Program-made: the position numbers and the translations under genes
Notes under the pieces: generated by a model
What the model saw: the letters and a program-made list of their open reading frames with translations, nothing else
Databases searched by the model: none
Told to the model about the DNA's origin: nothing
From: an uncultured Nitrospiraceae bacterium
GTDB taxonomy: Bacteria; Nitrospirota; Nitrospiria; Nitrospirales; Nitrospiraceae
DNA: 64,000 nt
Direction of reading: 5' to 3'
Assembly (NCBI GenBank): GCA_963706325.1
Contig: CAVPLT010000001.1
Location: forward strand, 608,001-672,000
In this document: one piece after another, positions 58,917-64,000 of the stretch
How positions within the stretch are numbered: the stretch's first letter is position 1
Layout of the letters: each line of letters begins with the position of its first letter

Positions 58917-60059
58917 CTAATGTTTTAGCTCTTTCACACGTTTCTGGGCGAGGGCGGATCGGTCAGCTTCTTCAGGTATACCTTCTGCGAGTGCCAAGTA
59001 CGTTTCATATTCAGTAATAGCCCGTTTGGGGTTGGTTTGCGCAATGGCCTCGGCTACATTGAATCGGGCAATGGCATAGTTGGGGCGTAGTAAGACTGCC
59101 TTCTCGAAAGAGGCCAGGGCATTTTGCTTATCACCTAGCTTCCCGTACACATGACCGAGATTGTTGAACACTTCGGGAGAATTCGGACGTTTAGCCAATG
59201 AGGCCAGCAGTTCGCTCTTGGCTTTCTCCAGGTTTCCTGCCGCTTCCCAGGAGACTCCCAGTCGATGGTTCAGCTCTGCCTGCCAGACCTTGCTGGTAAA
59301 TCCCGATACACTCGCCTTTTGGTACGCATCCAAGGCAATGCTTTGGTTTTTTGCTCCGCAGTAAGCCAGCTGGGCCGTCTGACCTCGCGCGAACTGTTGC
59401 AGTGACGCAAATGGCTCCTTGTCTTCGGCTCCCTGGGAGTCGAGATGCTGACCGTCAGTTTGCTGTGCGGTGCTGCGGAGACGGTCAAGGAATTCTTTGC
59501 GATAGGGAGAGAACAGCTTTACGTAAGGGTCGATGGTAAAAGACGCTTCGAGCAGGCGAGGCGCGGCTCGGTCACCTAGGACGAGGTACCGCGTCGTGGT
59601 TTTTTCATCGCCCGTATCGTAGAGGGTACTACCCGCCATATTTTGGCGATCGGTTAACTGCGAGACCGTGAGATAAAACTCTAGGCTGGGTTTGAGTTGA
59701 GACAGGGTGCGTCGGAGAGTTTTGTAGGGCGTCAGATCGAGTCCTGAGCGGAAGACGAATAAGGTACCGACTAACGTCCCGTCCTCATCGAAGAAGTACG
59801 ACTCCTCTCCTTTTGAAAGGCTTTGTTCTTGTGGAATGCGCAGTTCTTTTCCGCTGCCCCAGGTCTGTACGTGCGGAGTGATGCCGGGATGTGCTTCTTC
59901 GAACGCCTGGCGGGAATCACAAAGTTTGGTTGATTTGAGCAGGTCAAGGTCACTTTCTGAGGGTGGGAGCGGTGGCCGCGGGGGTGGAGGAGTTCCGCAC
60001 CCAGCCAAGAAGGCGCCGATAGTGAATAGTACGGGCAGTGGCAGGAGCAGGCGATGCAT
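58917..60059 (-). CDS. TPR-containing lipoprotein
   Basis: LAGC lipobox and C-terminal TPRs (NNLGHVY, ARFNVA). Confidence 0.85.
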   Translation of the reverse strand: MHRLLLPLPVLFTIGAFLAGCGTPPPPRPPLPPSESDLDLLKSTKLCDSRQAFEEAHPGITPHVQTWGSGKELRIPQEQSLSKGEESYFFDEDGTLVGTLFVFRSGLDLTPYKTLRRTLSQLKPSLEFYLTVSQLTDRQNMAGSTLYDTGDEKTTTRYLVLGDRAAPRLLEASFTIDPYVKLFSPYRKEFLDRLRSTAQQTDGQHLDSQGAEDKEPFASLQQFARGQTAQLAYCGAKNQSIALDAYQKASVSGFTSKVWQAELNHRLGVSWEAAGNLEKAKSELLASLAKRPNSPEVFNNLGHVYGKLGDKQNALASFEKAVLLRPNYAIARFNVAEAIAQTNPKRAITEYETYLALAEGIPEEADRSALAQKRVKELKH

Positions 60060-60182
60060 GGCTGGGATAATTGCCTCAGTCCGAACGTCAGCGATCAAAG
60101 GTCACCTAGCATACCTTAAACGTCGAAGTCGATGCGACTGGCAGTAGGGGGAGTGGGAAAAGAGGGAGTGGCAGACCTCGCC

Positions 60183-60554
60183 TCACCGGCCGGAATATGC
60201 CAGCCGGCGAGACTCGAGGAGGCTTACCGACGCTGTGAGTCGATCATGGAGTCTTCGGCTGTATAGCCGAAGAGGTATGGTGCGTGCTCCGGCGATGGCA
60301 TAGAGGGGGCGGTTCACCGTGTAATCCACAAGGTGTCCGACGGGGTGGAGGATAAATCCAGCCCATCGAAAGGGGTTATCATTGGCCTGCGAGGCTGCCA
60401 TGGGATCGGAATACACCAACGAGGTGCTGTCCATGGCGCTATAGATACTCAGCGGTGCATTGTAGTCCTGATCCTGCGTGACCATCTGGTTAGTGCTTGA
60501 ACAGCCGGTGGTCAGAACCAGTCCCAATATCATCGTAGCCACAGTCCCGCGCAT
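60183..60554 (-). CDS. Small hypothetical lipoprotein, possibly frameshifted near 60285
   Basis: TTGC lipobox. An alternative frame gives APYLFGYTAEDSMIDSQRR* ending at 60224. Confidence 0.7.
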   Translation of the reverse strand: MRGTVATMILGLVLTTGCSSTNQMVTQDQDYNAPLSIYSAMDSTSLVYSDPMAASQANDNPFRWAGFILHPVGHLVDYTVNRPLYAIAGARTIPLRLYSRRLHDRLTASVSLLESRRLAYSGR

Positions 60555-60738
60555 ACATTCCTCTCTTTCTTGTAGGAACATTCGAGAAAGCAGAATCTGT
60601 TCCTTGTGAGGAAAGTCTAGCGCAGGGTTCTGGTTCTGTCCAGTCGGAAAGGTCTAGGAGCGTTTCCTCTAGGACAGGAGAGCCAAATTGACCCGTTAGG
60701 AGGAACCGAATAGGGTAATGGAACTTACAATGGCAGGA

Positions 60739-60785
60739 TGGTGGGCGATACTGGTATCGAACCAGTGGCCTCTTCCGTGTGAAGG
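60739..60785 (-). mobile_element. 3' fragment of tRNA-Val(CAC), probable att site (island boundary)
   Basis: CCTTCACACGGAAGAGGCCACTGGTTCGATACCAGTATCGCCCACCA contains the anticodon loop, T-arm, 3' acceptor strand and CCA. There is no D-arm or 5' acceptor strand upstream. The flank is AT-rich. Confidence 0.8.
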
Positions 60786-61240
60786 CAAAAAGGTAGATTT
60801 CATAATAGCTCGCTGTTGCAATGGTTTCCCCACAAAAAGCTGAAATTTCATGTGCTTAGGAGTTATCGATAGCTTATACTGTCTACATTACGTTTTGAGG
60901 TTTTAGACGATTTCTGACACAAAAGCGACCACAGGGTGAATACCTATACGAAATGGCCGATTAAAATCCCGCGTTGAGACCCACGACACAAAGCTTGTTT
61001 CGGGAAGAGGATTTAATCCTCTGACCTTGAGATATGAGATGCTTATTGGGTGATTTGCCAATGCTTTGACCTCACATTTGGTTTCTAATCTTTATTAATC
61101 AGTAAGTTGCAGCATTCTGGCGACGTCGCTGTGATGAGTCCCAGATTTCCCGCTTGGATGCCGATCTCGCCCATCGCTGGGTACGCGGCCATGTGAAGAA
61201 TCTATACAGTAGTCCTCGAAAGGAATGAGCCTCTGGAACG

Positions 61241-62689
61241 ATGTTGAGGCAACCGTTCGTATTATATTGTGTCGCAGGAGTGTGCGTTGCCGTGGCATTC
61301 GTCGGTGGCAGTGCACTCCACGCGATGTGGCCGGATTGGCGTTGGCAGCATGAGCCGCTGCACTCCATGATAGAGGCCGTGGGAGGTCTCGGCGCTATTG
61401 CGATGGGAATGGTGTTGCTGCACACGCACGACGAATCCATCGCAGGCCAATATCGCGTGTTGGCTGCAGGATTTCTCGGGATGGGAATCCTCGAAGAGTT
61501 TCATGCCGCGGCACGACCAGGCAACGGATTTGTCCTATTTCGCAATATGGCTAGCATAGCCGGTAGCATTGGATTGTTATTGGCCTGGAGCAGGCACGCG
61601 TCGGCAGATCAAGTTGGGTGGCGCTCGCTTCCCTGGGTAATTGCGATCGCTGCAATGTCGGTCGGAATCTGGTTTCTGGTATTTCCTCAGCACATACCTG
61701 AGATGATGCGAAATGGCGAACTGACTCCGACGGCAGTCGCGCCGCAAAGCATCGCCTGCCTATTGTTCCTGCTCGCAGCTGCACGCTTTCTATGGGACTT
61801 TCGCCGCTCAAAGAGGTCAGAAGATGCATTGTTTGCGAGCCTTGCTCTTCTCTACGGTATAGCCGAATTTGTATTCATGCACTCGATTCCCTGGGACGAC
61901 CGCTGGTGGTTCTGGCATGCTTTACGCTTGATCGCTTGTCTACTGGCTTTGGCATACATTGGCCGAAGCTACATACACATCACACATGACTTGCAGACAT
62001 CCCTCGTAGAGAACATCCATGCCAAGGAGACGCTGAGTCAGAGCGAGGGCCACATCCGTCGAATACTTAATGAACGAGAGCGCATGGCTCAAGATCTCCA
62101 TGACAGCACCATACAGTCCCTTTTCGCGATCAACCTCAATCTCGAGCGATGCCAACGTCTCGTGTCCACCACACACCATGATGTTGGCACGCAGTTGGGC
62201 AGAGCCGTAGTGGGTCTCACGGCGGTGATTCGAGACCTTCGACGGTACATTCTTGGCTTGGAGTCACCGATCTCAAGCGGATCCACATTCGAAATGGCGC
62301 TGACTTCATTAGTCAGCGACCTGAACCATTCCTCTGAGCTTCACTTTCGATTGCACGTGAGCCGTGAGGCCGCAGACCGGCTGACTTCGCAGCAGGCGTC
62401 GCAACTTCTCCCCATTGCGCGAGAAGCCATGACTAATTGTCTCCGTCACGCTGACGCTCACGCAATCAGCCTCACACTTCACTTGTACGACGGGAGGGTT
62501 CGCCTCATAGTGGAGGATGATGGAGTCGGATTCGACGCCAGCAAGGCTAGCAGTCACGGTCATGGACTCAAGAATATGGAGACACGCGCCAGAGCGCTGG
62601 GCGGCCGCCTGGAAGTCATGTCTGGCTCTGGCCATGGAACTCGGATCATCTGTGATCTTACCCAGGAGTGTGATGAAGCCACAGTCTGA
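61241..62689 (+). CDS. Membrane sensor histidine kinase (HisKA_3, DevS/NarX-like)
   Basis: About 8 TM segments, ERERMAQDLHD, REAMTN, DDGVGF and GHGLKNM motifs. Confidence 0.9.
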   Translation: MLRQPFVLYCVAGVCVAVAFVGGSALHAMWPDWRWQHEPLHSMIEAVGGLGAIAMGMVLLHTHDESIAGQYRVLAAGFLGMGILEEFHAAARPGNGFVLFRNMASIAGSIGLLLAWSRHASADQVGWRSLPWVIAIAAMSVGIWFLVFPQHIPEMMRNGELTPTAVAPQSIACLLFLLAAARFLWDFRRSKRSEDALFASLALLYGIAEFVFMHSIPWDDRWWFWHALRLIACLLALAYIGRSYIHITHDLQTSLVENIHAKETLSQSEGHIRRILNERERMAQDLHDSTIQSLFAINLNLERCQRLVSTTHHDVGTQLGRAVVGLTAVIRDLRRYILGLESPISSGSTFEMALTSLVSDLNHSSELHFRLHVSREAADRLTSQQASQLLPIAREAMTNCLRHADAHAISLTLHLYDGRVRLIVEDDGVGFDASKASSHGHGLKNMETRARALGGRLEVMSGSGHGTRIICDLTQECDEATV

Positions 62690-63338
62690 GACGAAACCAA
62701 TTCGGCTCTTGCTGGTAGACGACCACGAAGTCCTTCGTATCGGTCTGCGAACCTTGTTCGCTGAAGCCGGGGCATTTCAGGTCGTGGGCGAGGCCGGCAC
62801 GATGGCCGCCGCGGTGGCGGAAGCCGCGAGATTGAAGCCACAGGTCGTGCTAATGGATGTTCGGCTTCCGGATGGGAGTGGAATCGACGCATGCCGCATG
62901 ATTCGTGCCGACCATGAGGATACGAGGGTACTGTTCCTAACCTCGTTCGCAGACGATGACGCCGTGCTCGCCACGATATTAGCCGGTGCCAACGGGTTTC
63001 TTCTGAAAGAAGTGAATAGTGAGCAGTTGATCCAAGCCGTTAAGACGGTGGCGTCAGGACGGTCCATCCTCGACTCAGCCGTCACTCAGAGGGTGCTCGC
63101 GAAAGTGCGATCCGAGTCCAGCCCATCACCGCAGGGGAAACGCGATCCATTGTCACCGCAGGAAGAACGGGTGTTGGCCTTAGTTGCAGACGGCAAGACC
63201 AATAAAGAAATCGCTGGATCTTTGAACTTGAGCGACAAAACCGTCGGGCACTACCTCGAGAACATTTTTCAAAAACTGCAGGTTACTCGTCGCGCGCAGG
63301 CCGCCGTCTATTTCACCCAACAACAGGCGAAACAATAG
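62673..63338 (+). CDS. NarL/DevR-like response regulator
   Basis: LVDDHEV, MDVRLPDG and LuxR HTH (GKTNKEIA...KTV). Confidence 0.93.
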   Translation: MKPQSETKPIRLLLVDDHEVLRIGLRTLFAEAGAFQVVGEAGTMAAAVAEAARLKPQVVLMDVRLPDGSGIDACRMIRADHEDTRVLFLTSFADDDAVLATILAGANGFLLKEVNSEQLIQAVKTVASGRSILDSAVTQRVLAKVRSESSPSPQGKRDPLSPQEERVLALVADGKTNKEIAGSLNLSDKTVGHYLENIFQKLQVTRRAQAAVYFTQQQAKQ

Positions 63339-63476
63339 GGGCATCTGCCCCTGTCGAGTAGGGGAGAAATCGATCCGATATTGGAGCGACTTCCCCTACT
63401 CAACCCTCTGCATACTCCGTACGATAATCCCACGAGCTTGGTGCTAGGTCACATTAACCATCCTGAGGAGGTTGCC

Positions 63477-63947
63477 ATGTTGAGCCTATTGGGCCGCACA
63501 CAGATGTCGGTGATTATCTTGGCCCTCACAGCTGCGCTGGCTTTGCCATCCTGGCAGATTCAAGCGGGAGCAGCCGAAGGGCAGGGGAAGGTAAAGGTCC
63601 TCTACCACGTCGATGGAAAAGATCCAGAAGTGGCGAAGTACGCGCTGGCCCTTATCAACAAGCATATTGATGCGGAAGGTGGGCCCGATAAGATCGATGT
63701 CGAACTGGTCGTGCATGGACCAGCCTTGGAGTTGTTCGAGAAGGACAGAATGGATGCCGAGATGACGAAACGATTTGACCAGATTATCGAGAAGGGGGCG
63801 AAGGCCGAAATGTGTCAGGTCTCGATGAAAGCGTTCGGCAAAACCCTAGACAATCTGGCGAAAGGATTTGTCGCTACGCTGCATCCAGTGGCCGTCAAGC
63901 GCATCGCAGATCTGCAGAAAGAAGGCTATCTCTATATTAAGCCATGA
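63477..63947 (+). CDS. Secreted DsrE-family protein
   Basis: GAGGAGG RBS, signal peptide, KVLYHV, LVVHGPAL, conserved Cys (MCQVSM) and LQKEGYLYIKP. Confidence 0.85.
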   Translation: MLSLLGRTQMSVIILALTAALALPSWQIQAGAAEGQGKVKVLYHVDGKDPEVAKYALALINKHIDAEGGPDKIDVELVVHGPALELFEKDRMDAEMTKRFDQIIEKGAKAEMCQVSMKAFGKTLDNLAKGFVATLHPVAVKRIADLQKEGYLYIKP

Positions 63948-63964
63948 AGAGGAGCTCGATAGTC

Positions 63965-64000
63965 ATGAATCAATTCGTTGCGATCATCGCCCTCTGTCTC
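63965..64000 (+). CDS. Start of a probable exported protein (3' partial)
   Basis: AGAGGAG RBS, then MNQFVAIIALCL running off the window end. Confidence 0.5.
   Translation, partial: MNQFVAIIALCL

Noticed and set aside
60650..60715. TAGGA-containing short palindromes
   Set aside because: They are too short and irregular to call as an operator.
60739..60830. Complete or intron-containing tRNA-Val
   Set aside because: There is no D-arm or 5' acceptor strand. The break lies in the 5' anticodon stem rather than the loop, which fits an att duplication better than an intron.

Overview
Bacterial chromosome segment of moderately high GC, most consistent with a Nitrospira-like organism (inferred from gene content). 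Left to right: secreted rhodanese; CHASE3 kinase/receiver/hybrid-kinase module; a '2M'-type complex I cluster (nuoA-B-C-D-G-I-J-K-L-M1-M2-N, with no nuoE/F/H); an OmpA/MotB protein; a PriA with degenerate helicase motifs; a PAS kinase with a degenerate ATP-binding domain; housekeeping genes (queE, pepA, nagZ, tig-clpP-clpX, dnaX-ybaB-recR, dksA); three tRNAs and SRP RNA; and a co-oriented envelope cluster (AsmA, MscS, DUF481 barrel, MscL, two coiled-coil OmpA lipoproteins). At about 60.74 kb a 3'-only tRNA-Val fragment marks a probable att site, followed by a DevS/DevR-like two-component pair and a secreted DsrE protein. No CRISPR array, rRNA, transposase or integrase was seen. All calls come from reading motifs by eye. 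No database search was run, and start codons were adjusted by eye where noted.
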